From positions 24,088 to 88,087 of the forward strand of contig JAUXAD010000001.1 in NCBI GenBank assembly GCA_030620045.1: 64,000 nt of DNA, written 5' to 3'. Every line of letters begins with the position of its first letter. Positions within the stretch are counted from its first letter, which is position 1. Below the pieces are notes generated by a model. The model was not told the origin of the DNA and did not search any database. It saw only the letters and a program-made list of their open reading frames with translations. The DNA is from an archaeon (lineage in GTDB: Archaea; Nanobdellota; Nanobdellia; Pacearchaeales; GW2011-AR1). The translations under genes and the position numbers were made by a program. This document shows positions 1-9,619 of this stretch, one piece after another.

Positions 1-249
1 AATTAGTTTATCGTCACCTCCTGTTGTCCTAAACCATCTTAATAATTCAGCCCCCCTATTTTCTCCGGTAAGAAATGCTATATCTTTATCAGGATATTTT
101 TTTATCATCTCTTTGACAAAACTATTTTCCCAGAAATTTCCTGACATGCCATGGATGTGCAAGATTACTGTTTCTGTCTTTTCTTTAGGTTCTTCAAGTA
201 ATCCTTGTAAAATTAAACCATCTTCGGTAGTTGCCTTTACAAATTCCAT
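1..249 (-). CDS. alpha/beta hydrolase, N-terminal part (runs off window)
   Basis: Manual translation MEFVKATTEDGLILQGLLEEPKEKTETVILHIHGMSGNFWEN; HG oxyanion motif; not in ORF track. Confidence 0.7.
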   Translation of the reverse strand, partial: MEFVKATTEDGLILQGLLEEPKEKTETVILHIHGMSGNFWENSFVKEMIKKYPDKDIAFLTGENRGAELLRWFRTTGGDDKLI

Positions 250-340
250 TAAAATAAGGGGAGGGGTTTGATTAAATACTTTTCTAAAGAAAGAAATAGA
301 AAAGCAAAGTAATTAAAAATAAAGAAAATTTGTAAGATTC

Positions 341-898
341 ATGGATAAAAAAATAATAATCTTTATAACCATATTAGTTTTAATTGTTGTTGTTTTTACA
401 GGAGTTAAGATGGCGGGGTATATAATTAATGAAGAAAATACAAGAGTTAAATTAGAAACAAACAAGGGAGATATTGTAATAAATCTTTATTCAGATATGC
501 CTATAACAACTGGCAATTTCATAAATCTTATTGAAAAAGGAACTTATGATGGAGTAATTTTTCATAGGATTATTGACGGATTTATGATTCAGGGAGGAGA
601 CCCAACAGGAACAGGAATGGGTGATCCAAAGATACCAAATATACAAGATGAATTTACACATGAAGGCGGAAACAGAAATAGTCCTTACACTATCTCAATG
701 GCAAACGCAGGACCAAATACAGGTTCATCACAATTTTTTATAAATCTTGTAGATAATAATTTTCTTGACACAAAACATCCTGCATTTGGAAAAGTAATTG
801 AAGGAATGGATGTTGTTGATGCAATTGCAAAAGTAGAAACTGGAGCAGGAGATAAACCAGTTGAGGATGTTGTGATAAGGAAAGCGGTTGTGGTTTAG
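341..898 (+). CDS. ppiA: cyclophilin-type peptidyl-prolyl isomerase with N-terminal membrane anchor
   Basis: FHRIIDGFMIQGGDPTG, SMANAGPNTGSSQFFIN motifs. Confidence 0.95.
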   Translation: MDKKIIIFITILVLIVVVFTGVKMAGYIINEENTRVKLETNKGDIVINLYSDMPITTGNFINLIEKGTYDGVIFHRIIDGFMIQGGDPTGTGMGDPKIPNIQDEFTHEGGNRNSPYTISMANAGPNTGSSQFFINLVDNNFLDTKHPAFGKVIEGMDVVDAIAKVETGAGDKPVEDVVIRKAVVV

Positions 899-961
899 GG
901 GAAGGGGAAATAGATATTCTAGTGTAATAATTGTTAAAAACCTCTTAGATATAACTAAAAA

Positions 962-1369
962 ATGGCAAGGAACAGAAGTGTCTTTGAAGTGATGATTGGA
1001 TCTGTTTATGGGAAGTATCTCGCACCATTAGAAAAAGGTGAGCCTGATTTGGAAGAGGCTATTTATGTCGAGGGGCCTTGTCTTCTTAAGGATCAAATAT
1101 ATCCTGTCAGATTAGATTCAGTTAATGATGAAGAATACAAACGGGGAGAAGTTGTAGCTTCTATAAGATATCCAAGAGAACGCTTACTTTTTGGCCATGT
1201 TTCAGTAAGAGATTTGAGCAATTATGTTGTAGTAGATCAAGAAGAAATTTTTTCTAAGTTCCCTGAAGAACTAACATTGCGTGAAGAAAGATCTCCAAAT
1301 CTCCCAATAAGACATAGAGGACCAACACCGGAGCAAAAAAAAGAGTGGGATGCTGAACCTCAGATTTAA
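962..1369 (+). CDS. hypothetical protein
   Basis: 135 aa ORF filling intergenic space, no recognised motif. Confidence 0.6.
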   Translation: MARNRSVFEVMIGSVYGKYLAPLEKGEPDLEEAIYVEGPCLLKDQIYPVRLDSVNDEEYKRGEVVASIRYPRERLLFGHVSVRDLSNYVVVDQEEIFSKFPEELTLREERSPNLPIRHRGPTPEQKKEWDAEPQI

Positions 1370-1411
1370 TCAAATAGAAAGGCGTAAAAAGCTTAAAGAA
1401 TTATTTCTTTT

Positions 1412-2080
1412 ATGAAAACACTAACGTCATATGATAAAAATACAGACCAATGGTTAAAAGGAAAAAAATTGGCTCATGATTATTTAGAGAAGCCTGCTAT
1501 GTATTCTAAACTTCCAAAATTAAAAGGAAAAACTGTTTTATGTTTGGGGTGCGGGGCAGGAGAAGAATGTGCGCATATAAAATCACTTGGAGCAAAGAAA
1601 GTTGTAGGGATTGATATATCGAAAGAACTAATAAAGAAGGCCAAGGCAAATTATCCGGATATTGAATTTCATATAATGAATTTAAAAGAATTAAAATTTC
1701 CTGATTCATCATTTGATTTTGTATATTCGAGTTTAGCTTTACATTATGTTAAAGACTGGATAAAACTCTTAAAGAACATTAATAAAACTATGAAAAAGGG
1801 GAGTGTATTCTTATTTTCAACTCACGATCCAGTATTTTGGGGAAGAGATGATTATCTCAATCCTAGAAAAGTTAATGATATTTGGTTTGAGTCATTTAAA
1901 GTAACTTATTATCATAAACCATTCTCTTTGATGATTAAAGAGATTGTTGAATCTAATTTTGAGATTTTAGATTGCCTTGAACCAAAACCCCTTGACACTT
2001 CTAGGAAAATTGATAAATCTTTTTGGGAAAAGAAAAGTAAAACCCCTTTGTTTGTAATATTTGAATTAAAGAAGAAATGA
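1412..2080 (+). CDS. class I SAM-dependent methyltransferase
   Basis: VLCLGCGAG, GIDIS, FDFVYSSLALHY. Confidence 0.9.
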   Translation: MKTLTSYDKNTDQWLKGKKLAHDYLEKPAMYSKLPKLKGKTVLCLGCGAGEECAHIKSLGAKKVVGIDISKELIKKAKANYPDIEFHIMNLKELKFPDSSFDFVYSSLALHYVKDWIKLLKNINKTMKKGSVFLFSTHDPVFWGRDDYLNPRKVNDIWFESFKVTYYHKPFSLMIKEIVESNFEILDCLEPKPLDTSRKIDKSFWEKKSKTPLFVIFELKKK

Positions 2081-2129
2081 AAAGAAGGATGTAGAGAATC
2101 GGAAGGCGTATAATAATTCTTAAAATTTA

Positions 2130-2408
2130 TTATTTTGCTCCCTCAACTAAGAATTGCAAATCTCTTGTAGATATATTAAGGATTCTGCGACCATTTGCGA
2201 TTAATTTCTTTTTTCCGTTTTTAACATTAAAAGAGTCTTTTACAAGTGTTGTAAAATCATCTTCCCCAGTAATTATTCCTGAAATAGAATAATTCCCATC
2301 TCCGTTAGCAATAGCAGTTCTATCAATGTTTTTTTGATCACTCCCCATATACAAAAGACTATCTCCTTCTCTCAGAATATATAATTCTTTTTGCGGTTCA
2401 CTTCCCAT
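2130..2408 (-). CDS. hypothetical protein
   Basis: 92 aa ORF, no recognised motif. Confidence 0.55.
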   Translation of the reverse strand: MGSEPQKELYILREGDSLLYMGSDQKNIDRTAIANGDGNYSISGIITGEDDFTTLVKDSFNVKNGKKKLIANGRRILNISTRDLQFLVEGAK

Positions 2409-2485
2409 CCCAAAATCTAGAAACTTTACTTTTTAATGATTATTGCGATAGAAAGGCGTATAAATGTGGGGGTTCTTAGAAGGAT

Positions 2486-2920
2486 ATGGACATAATAACA
2501 ATAATCTTGATTATTGCATTCTTGATTGGTTTAGTTATAGCTTATTGGGTTGGACATAAAGCTGGAGCTTTTAAAAAAGATAAATGGTGGGAAGCAGAGT
2601 TACCTAGTCATAGAAAAGATGCTATAATGAAATCAAGGGCTGTTTTAGGAGGACAATTTTCAGAACAATTAGCTCCTTATTTGCCAGATTTTAAACATCT
2701 TCCTACAGAATGCAGGTTTGTTGGGAAACCAATTGATTTAGTTGTATTCAAAGGAATGGATGAAAAAGATATTAATGAAGTGGTCTTTGTTGAAGTTAAG
2801 AGTGGAAAATCTAAACTTTCTCCTGTTGAAAAAAAGCTTAAAGAAACAATAGAAAAGAAGAGGGTTAGGTGGGAAGAATATAGGATACCTGAAGAGATTA
2901 CGAGGAAAGATGAGGAATAG
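2486..2920 (+). CDS. membrane-anchored Holliday junction resolvase-like endonuclease
   Basis: N-terminal TM; SRAVLGGQFSEQLAPY, RFVGKPIDLVVF, FVEVKSG. Confidence 0.85.
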   Translation: MDIITIILIIAFLIGLVIAYWVGHKAGAFKKDKWWEAELPSHRKDAIMKSRAVLGGQFSEQLAPYLPDFKHLPTECRFVGKPIDLVVFKGMDEKDINEVVFVEVKSGKSKLSPVEKKLKETIEKKRVRWEEYRIPEEITRKDEE

Positions 2921-2954
2921 AAACCTGTAAAAAGGCATTATTTCTTAAATATTT

Positions 2955-4139
2955 ATGGCAACATACTCACATTCAAGAGTAAGTACTTATGAAAATTGTC
3001 CTTACAAGTATAAACTACAATATATTGATAGGAAAAAACCAGAGATTCCTACAACAATTGAAGCGTTTATGGGGGATATGGTTCATCAGACACTAGAGTT
3101 CTTGTATAAAAATAAAAAATTCAAGAAGAGAGTTGCAAAGAATATTTTGATTAAATTTTATAGGGATTCGTGGGCAAAGAATTATTCTGATGATATTTTA
3201 ATTGTTAAAGCAGAAAAAGAAAATGTTGGGGCAGATAATTATAGAAAAATGGGAGAGAAGTTTATTTCTGATTATTATGATAGAATGAAACCATTTGAAC
3301 AGATGACTATTCTGGGTTTAGAAACTCAAGATAGGATGACATTGCCTGATGGGAACCAATGGCATATTAGAATTGATAAACTGGGATGTGATAATAAAGG
3401 AAATTATTATGTTTGTGATTATAAGACAAATGCAAGAATGAAAGACCAAGAAGAAGCTGATTCAGATAGACAACTTGCTCTTTATTCTGTTTGGGTTAAG
3501 GACAAATTCAAAGATGCTAAAAGTGTTAAGTTAATTTGGCATATGTTGGCTTTTAACAAAGATGCTATTTCAGAAAGAACAGATGAACAATTGAAAAAAC
3601 TACAACAAGAAATAATTGATAGAATAAAAGAAATTGAAAATGCAAAAGAGTTTCCAACTAATGTAACAAACTTATGTGATTATTGCGGGTTTAAATCAGA
3701 ATGCCCTTCATTCAAACACCAAGCAGAATTAGAAAAAATTGAGGATGTTAAAAAGTTTAAAGAAGATGAAGGAGTTAAACTTGTTGATGAATTTTCAGAA
3801 GTTAAAACAAAACTTTCTGAATTGAAAAAAGCAGAGGAGGAATTTAAGGTGAATTTAATTCAATATGCGAAGCAGTTTGATATTGATGTTGTTTATGGCA
3901 GTAATAAGAAATGTTCTGTTAAAGAGTTTGATAAGATAGTAATGCCAGAAGATAGAGAGAAATTTATTGAGTTAATTAAGAAGAAAGGTTTGTGGGATGA
4001 TTTGAGTATGGTTTGTTATCCTAGATTAAATAGTAAGGTGATTAAAGGAGATATTGATAAGGAAATTTCTAAGATGCTGGATATTGTTAAAGATTTTAGA
4101 TTGAGTTTAAGTAAGAGGAAAGGGGAGGGGGAGGAGTAG
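2955..4139 (+). CDS. PD-(D/E)XK RecB/Cas4-like nuclease with Fe-S cysteines
   Basis: YSHSRVSTYENCP, RIDKL, DYKT, QLALY, CDYCGFKSECP. Confidence 0.85.
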   Translation: MATYSHSRVSTYENCPYKYKLQYIDRKKPEIPTTIEAFMGDMVHQTLEFLYKNKKFKKRVAKNILIKFYRDSWAKNYSDDILIVKAEKENVGADNYRKMGEKFISDYYDRMKPFEQMTILGLETQDRMTLPDGNQWHIRIDKLGCDNKGNYYVCDYKTNARMKDQEEADSDRQLALYSVWVKDKFKDAKSVKLIWHMLAFNKDAISERTDEQLKKLQQEIIDRIKEIENAKEFPTNVTNLCDYCGFKSECPSFKHQAELEKIEDVKKFKEDEGVKLVDEFSEVKTKLSELKKAEEEFKVNLIQYAKQFDIDVVYGSNKKCSVKEFDKIVMPEDREKFIELIKKKGLWDDLSMVCYPRLNSKVIKGDIDKEISKMLDIVKDFRLSLSKRKGEGEE

Positions 4140-4140
4140 A

Positions 4141-4605
4141 ATGGAAGTTAATAAATGGGAGAAAAATTTAGAAAGGTATGGTATAACCAACAAACAATTT
4201 GAAAAAGAGAAAAAAGAACTTTCTAAAAAATTTAAAAAAGAAGCTTCTGATAGTGATGTTACTTGGTCTTTATTTAATAAATTATTAATAAAAAGTGTAA
4301 GTGATTTTCAAAAATTAAGTTCTATTTACTATGATATGGCAATTTTTCTTAATGAAGAAGGAAGAAATTCATCTGATATGAAAGGCTTGTCCGCAAAAAT
4401 GAAATTATTAGACTTTAAACAAAATGGAATTGAAAAAGTTAGATGGGTTGCAAGTGCTGGAGCAAGAACTTGTAAAAAATGTGAAAGCTTAAATGGAAAA
4501 GTTTTCCTAATGGATGAAGCACTTGAAAAAATACCCCTTCTCGTAAAAGATTGTAAAAATTTAGATGATGGATGTAGATGTTGTTGGGTTGCTGTTATTG
4601 AGTAA
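4141..4605 (+). CDS. protein with C-terminal MuF-like Cys motif
   Basis: RWVASAGARTCKKCESLNGKVF...CRC resembles MuF (phage minor head protein) C-terminal motif. Confidence 0.55.
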   Translation: MEVNKWEKNLERYGITNKQFEKEKKELSKKFKKEASDSDVTWSLFNKLLIKSVSDFQKLSSIYYDMAIFLNEEGRNSSDMKGLSAKMKLLDFKQNGIEKVRWVASAGARTCKKCESLNGKVFLMDEALEKIPLLVKDCKNLDDGCRCCWVAVIE

Positions 4606-4655
4606 GTTATGCGGGAATAGGAAGAATTAAAAAATGAAGAAAATAGAATAATAAC

Positions 4656-5282
4656 ATGCCAAAAGAATGGGTTTTGAATAGCGTTATGAATCGATTCCAA
4701 TTAAACTTTAAAAGAAATGTTGGTCCAACATCTAAAAGTATAAGGGAATGCGGTCCAAAAAATATGCAAGAATGGGAAAATTACTATTATGAAAAAGTTA
4801 AATCAAAAGAACACATAGATGATTTAGGAAAGAAATTATTTGAGAAAATAAAAACTATAATAAAAGAAGAAATAGAAGAGATCACCGAAGAAGATTGTAT
4901 CGGTTATATGCATAATCTTGTTATTCAAAGAACTTTTGATGGATATGATTCTGAAATAACTATGATTAAAGATAATTTAGAGAAAGAGTTAAATGTTAAA
5001 ATAGAAGAAGCTCCGGATGAATGGGATAGATTACTTAACATAGACTTTTTTATAAAAATAAAAAATAAATTTATTGGATTGCAGATAAAACCCATAGGTC
5101 CAGATACAATGCCCCAAATAATAAAAGAAAGAATACAACAAAAGAAAACTCATGAGAAATTTACTCAGAAGTATGGTGGAAAAGTGTTTTATGTTTTCTC
5201 AGAAAAGAAAGAAAAAAAGAAGATATTAAGCAATCCAGAAGTTATTGAAGAAATAAAGGAAGAAATGAGGGAATTATCTTAA
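4656..5282 (+). CDS. MjaI-family type II restriction endonuclease
   Basis: NVGPTS, EWENYY, RTFDG, EWDRLLNIDFFI, IGLQIKP. Confidence 0.85.
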   Translation: MPKEWVLNSVMNRFQLNFKRNVGPTSKSIRECGPKNMQEWENYYYEKVKSKEHIDDLGKKLFEKIKTIIKEEIEEITEEDCIGYMHNLVIQRTFDGYDSEITMIKDNLEKELNVKIEEAPDEWDRLLNIDFFIKIKNKFIGLQIKPIGPDTMPQIIKERIQQKKTHEKFTQKYGGKVFYVFSEKKEKKKILSNPEVIEEIKEEMRELS

Positions 5283-5283
5283 A

Positions 5284-5994
5284 ATGAGGAATAGAAAAAA
5301 TATCTGGATTAAAGAGGATAAAAGATTTTCTAAATTTGAAAAGAGAATCAAAATTCCAGACTCTAATCTAAAAGATGTAGAATGGGTTTTTTTGAAAGAA
5401 CTAAAAGATTTTAACAAAATTCCTCCTTCAAAAGGGGTTTATTGGATCTGGACAAATGAGCCTCTTACCCACTTGTTCCATAAACCCTCCAAATCCTTAC
5501 CCAAAAAAACCAAATTAATTATAGAGGGAAAAGAAGTTGAAGGAGAAATAATCTATAATGGGGTTGCACAAGATAACATTCAGACTCGTATAAAAAATTA
5601 TCATTTAAATGCAAAAGAGACTAATACTATATCTGGGATAGGTGTTGATATTTATATTGGAGGAAAAGTGATCTCTCATAAAAAGAAAGTTATCTCAGAC
5701 AAGAAGGAAGATAAGGTTCCATATATAGAAAATGGGAGAATTCGGACTAAAGAGGATATATTTAAATTGTTTCTTTCTAATGAAGAGAAAGAGTTTATTA
5801 AAAAATATGATAAAGGGAATATCCACTTCAGAAACGGAATTAATATCTTTGAATTAAAACACAAAAAATATTTTTTTATAGTTTTTTATATTGGGAATCT
5901 CAAATCAGAATCTTATATGAGTTTTATTGAGAAGCGTTGGAGAGAAGATAATACTGCTTATCCTAGACTTTGTTCTTATTCAAGTGGGAGATAA
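5284..5994 (+). CDS. putative GIY-YIG-like nuclease
   Basis: IPPSKGVYWIW...IIYNGVAQDNIQTRIKNYH. Confidence 0.5.
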   Translation: MRNRKNIWIKEDKRFSKFEKRIKIPDSNLKDVEWVFLKELKDFNKIPPSKGVYWIWTNEPLTHLFHKPSKSLPKKTKLIIEGKEVEGEIIYNGVAQDNIQTRIKNYHLNAKETNTISGIGVDIYIGGKVISHKKKVISDKKEDKVPYIENGRIRTKEDIFKLFLSNEEKEFIKKYDKGNIHFRNGINIFELKHKKYFFIVFYIGNLKSESYMSFIEKRWREDNTAYPRLCSYSSGR

Positions 5995-7032
5995 GGGATC
6001 ATACTCTACTTCAAATAAATTTTCTTTTATTCTCTTAACTTCTTTAATTTTTGGGATAAGCAAATTAACTTCCTGTCTTGTCATTACAGGAAATTCATAA
6101 TTTTTATTGACGTACTTTAATTTTCCTTTTTCTTGTTCTCTTTTTTTAATAAATTCTTTATGATTATTCATTCTTTCTTCAACACGAAAACCAACTATCT
6201 TTTTTATTTCTTTTATTCTTTCTTCTATAAATTCATTAAAGTTTTTATCTATTTCATAACCAAGACTATTTCTCATAGACGCCATTGCTCCCAAAGTCGT
6301 TGTTCCTGTTCCTAAAAAAGGGTCTAAGATAAGGTCTCCTTGAACAGAAAACATATTAATTAATCTATAAGCCAATTCAATAGGATATGCTCCACTCCTC
6401 GCTCTTAATCTTGTATTATTAAGTTTTTGGAAAACTCCATTAATATCTCTCCATTTATCAGAATACCATATATTCCTTTCTTCCCAGAAGAAAGCACTTT
6501 TCTGCCTATTTTCTCTTTGCTTTAGTTCAGTAAATTTTCTTTTTCCATCTTTTCTTAAAATTAAAATATGTTCATGTTCTAAAGTTACGTAAGCGCCAAC
6601 AGGCAACATCCCTGAACCCATAAATTTATCTGGTTTGTTGGTTTCTTTAATCCAAAGGATTTCAGGTAATGCATGAAAACCTAGATCTAAACAATATTTT
6701 AAAATTCTTGCATGATTCGTATAAATTTGAAAAACGTCTTTTAGTGTTCTTGTTGCATCTCCTATGTTTATACAAGCAATTCCTCCATTTTTCAAAACTC
6801 TAAATGTTTCCTTCCAAACTTTATCTAATTCTTGATGCATTAATTCAAATGCTCTTCCTCCATCTTCTTCCTTTAATGCTTGAGTAATTTCTGTATTCTG
6901 TTCTCCAAACATTTCATCCCACATTTTAATCATGGGATAAGGGGGAGAAGTTATCATTAAATCCACACTTTTATCTTTTGACTCTTTCATATATTTAGAA
7001 TTCTCAAAAATTATTTTATGTTCTGTTTTCAT
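5980..7032 (-). CDS. site-specific DNA methyltransferase (N4-C/N6-A, beta class)
   Basis: Motif IV TSPPY precedes motif I DPFLGTGTT. Confidence 0.93.
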   Translation of the reverse strand: MKTEHKIIFENSKYMKESKDKSVDLMITSPPYPMIKMWDEMFGEQNTEITQALKEEDGGRAFELMHQELDKVWKETFRVLKNGGIACINIGDATRTLKDVFQIYTNHARILKYCLDLGFHALPEILWIKETNKPDKFMGSGMLPVGAYVTLEHEHILILRKDGKRKFTELKQRENRQKSAFFWEERNIWYSDKWRDINGVFQKLNNTRLRARSGAYPIELAYRLINMFSVQGDLILDPFLGTGTTTLGAMASMRNSLGYEIDKNFNEFIEERIKEIKKIVGFRVEERMNNHKEFIKKREQEKGKLKYVNKNYEFPVMTRQEVNLLIPKIKEVKRIKENLFEVEYDPLSPT

Positions 7033-7214
7033 TGTTTGTTTTCCTCTTTACTATAATAAACTTTTTGATATTCTCTGATTTCTTTCTTGTGTGCATTTCT
7101 GTATCTTTTCATATTAGATAAATGATGTTCTATTTGGCATGTTCTACATCTCTTTGCATTCCACCTTCTATGAGAGATATCTACTTTACAATCAATACAA
7201 AAATTCTTTTTCAT
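7029..7214 (-). CDS. small CxxC...CxxC zinc-binding protein coupled to the methylase
   Basis: CIDC...CRTC; ATGA overlap with methylase start. Confidence 0.6.
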   Translation of the reverse strand: MKKNFCIDCKVDISHRRWNAKRCRTCQIEHHLSNMKRYRNAHKKEIREYQKVYYSKEENKQ

Positions 7215-7275
7215 TTTCTTTTTTAGTAAATAGATTAAGAGTCCGCTAGTTTTAAATATTTCTATTCTCTATACA

Positions 7276-9180
7276 ATGGTAAGTGAGGTTGAGGAAAAAA
7301 TGAAAGATTTGTTAATAATTTATGTGGATGAAGCAAAAAATTCAATGAAAGAACTGAATAAAGAATTAAAATTATTGGGGGTTAGAACTTCAATTTTAAA
7401 TATTGAAAATTTAACCAGAATTAATGAAATTTTATCGAAAAATATGAAAATTTATTCTGCGATTTTGTTTTATTTAGAGGAAAATTTTTCAAATCTAATA
7501 ATAAAAAGTGAAATTAGTATTAACACAACTAATAGAAAAGCTATATTCATGCCATATAATATGAACCAAGGTTCTATAAAGCTCATGAAGAGGAAATTAA
7601 AAAAGATTGTATTAAGCAGATCTAGATCTATGTCACAATATGCTTTAGATATTATCAAGGAGATGTCAAATGAAAAAAGAAAGATAAAATTAAAACATAG
7701 TAATAAAATAGAAGATATTTGGGATTCTCCATTAACTATTTATCAGAAGAAAGAGGGACTTAATAATACAAGGGAAATATTGCTTGATGTGGCTTGGTCA
7801 GCAAAACCAACACGGCCAGAAATGGCCCCATCCCTTGCAACTTCTCTTAGACAAACCTTTAGTCATATAAGGGGAAAAGGTCCATTTAAAATATTAGATT
7901 TCGGTGCTGGAAAATTAAGACATACAGTAATACTTCTTAAAGGGGGGCATAATGTAACTGCAGTTGAATATCCGGAGATATTTCATAATCCAAGCCCAAC
8001 AGTGAAAAAATTTATGCAACAGGCTATAAAATATAAAGGAAGATACGGGAAAGTTACTTACCCAAATGAGCTAATTTCTTTGAATAAAACTTATGATTTG
8101 ATTATGCTAGTTAATGTTATTGATATAATTCCAGAACCCTTTGAAAGATTATTTGTTTTAGATCAATGTAATAAAAAATTGGAGAAGAATAAATATTTAC
8201 TTTGGTTTACACAATATGGAGATATTGATCAAAGAAAAGTAGTCTCTGATTTCATTACAGATGGAGGTTGCACAATAAAGCAATCGAGAAAAACATTTTA
8301 TACAGAATTTGATAAGGATACAATTGATTTATTATTGTCCCTCATGGGATTTAAAAAAGAATCAATTAAACTTGGATCAGGAAGTAATCAAGCTTGGTTA
8401 TATAAAAAAATTAATGAACCTATAATTAATGTTCAAAAGATTGCTCTTAAGATAAGAAAAGTAATTAAGAGAAAAATATATCTTGGAGAAGATAAAGAGA
8501 CTGTTATAGCAGATTTATTGGATTCCGAATCTTTCATAAATATTGGTGATATCTTAAATTATAACCTATCAATACTAAAAACAGGAAATACAAAAAAGAA
8601 AGCATATGAATATGAGAAAATCATTGAGCATATTGTTAAATATATTTCAAAAAACAATTTCCTAATCCACGACATTAAAAGACAAGCCCCTTTACATAAA
8701 AGAAAATTAATAATCGATATAAAAGCTAATTGGAGTGATAATAGCTCATTAAAAGGGGTTTTGGATTACTTTAATCTTAAATCCTCATTTGTACCTATAG
8801 AATGCAAAAATTATAATGCAAATATTGGCAGTTTAGAATTAGGACAAATTCTTACTAGAAGCCATAAAGACCATAGACATTTTGGGGTAGTTTTCTGTAG
8901 AAAAATAGAGAATAGTGATGAAAATATTTCAGATAGATTGTATGAATTTTATAGTGATCATAATTTTTTAGTTATAGTTCTAGATGACAAAGATGTTGAA
9001 ATGTTACTTAAGTTAAAAGACGAGGAAAGATCAAGACCTACTTGGGTCCCAAATAATGATGCCAGATCTGGAGCAGAATTTATGATCACTGAATACATAA
9101 AAAAGAGAATAGAAGAAGTAATTCACCATAATAAAAGAAAAAAGAGTCTTGAATTATATAAACAAATAAAATCTATTTAA
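7276..9180 (+). CDS. multidomain methyltransferase + PD-(D/E)XK nuclease-like fusion
   Basis: ILDFGAGKLRH and YDLIMLVNVIDII centrally; IDIKA...PIECKNY in C-terminal part. Confidence 0.6.
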   Translation: MVSEVEEKMKDLLIIYVDEAKNSMKELNKELKLLGVRTSILNIENLTRINEILSKNMKIYSAILFYLEENFSNLIIKSEISINTTNRKAIFMPYNMNQGSIKLMKRKLKKIVLSRSRSMSQYALDIIKEMSNEKRKIKLKHSNKIEDIWDSPLTIYQKKEGLNNTREILLDVAWSAKPTRPEMAPSLATSLRQTFSHIRGKGPFKILDFGAGKLRHTVILLKGGHNVTAVEYPEIFHNPSPTVKKFMQQAIKYKGRYGKVTYPNELISLNKTYDLIMLVNVIDIIPEPFERLFVLDQCNKKLEKNKYLLWFTQYGDIDQRKVVSDFITDGGCTIKQSRKTFYTEFDKDTIDLLLSLMGFKKESIKLGSGSNQAWLYKKINEPIINVQKIALKIRKVIKRKIYLGEDKETVIADLLDSESFINIGDILNYNLSILKTGNTKKKAYEYEKIIEHIVKYISKNNFLIHDIKRQAPLHKRKLIIDIKANWSDNSSLKGVLDYFNLKSSFVPIECKNYNANIGSLELGQILTRSHKDHRHFGVVFCRKIENSDENISDRLYEFYSDHNFLVIVLDDKDVEMLLKLKDEERSRPTWVPNNDARSGAEFMITEYIKKRIEEVIHHNKRKKSLELYKQIKSI

Positions 9181-9307
9181 TCTTCTCACAAACTCCCCCT
9201 AACTCCTCTTCCGTCACAACCCCAGTAACATACTTCCTCTTCACAAATTCAAAAGCAGGATTCTTCATCTTAATTCCCTTCGGCACATTTCCCCAAACCT
9301 CATTCAA
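9173..9307 (-). pseudogene. diverged duplicate of the 3' end of the R15P isomerase gene
   Basis: Translates [34 protein letters not shown] versus LNEVWAKAPRGIKMKNPAFEFVKKKYVTRVITEK at 10527-10630. Confidence 0.85.
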
Positions 9308-9422
9308 TAGTCCCTATTCTCAAAAATATCGCAAATAACTCTGCATCACTCAATGCTTCTGGGCCATGTTTTAGAAATCTTTCTCTTGGCCTGTTTTGCT
9401 CTGGGAGGTCTAGAATTTTCAT
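9300..9422 (-). pseudogene. radC: radC (UPF0758) N-terminal remnant, 40 codons
   Basis: [40 protein letters not shown]. Confidence 0.85.
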
Positions 9423-9551
9423 AGAAATTAGAAGGATGGGGGAATTTTAAATCTTGTTGGAAGGAGAATACAAGATAATAATCTTTATAACATATTTTAA
9501 ATAAACCAGAAATCTTATAAACCTATGAATACTATCTACCATGTTAAAGTC

Positions 9552-9581
9552 CCCAGTATGGTCCTTCGGGGTAATACTGGG
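9552..9581 (+). promoter_or_regulatory. cUUCGg-capped RNA hairpin in the leader of the NYN gene
   Basis: CCCAGTATGGTCC-TTCG-GGGTAATACTGGG: 13-position stem, two G-U pairs, one G.A mismatch. Confidence 0.65.
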
Positions 9582-9619
9582 CTTCCTACTCATTCTCTAA
9601 ATTTTGAGGTAGAAAAATA

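Noticed and set aside
2955-4139. CRISPR-Cas locus
   Set aside because: No repeat-spacer array or other cas genes seen
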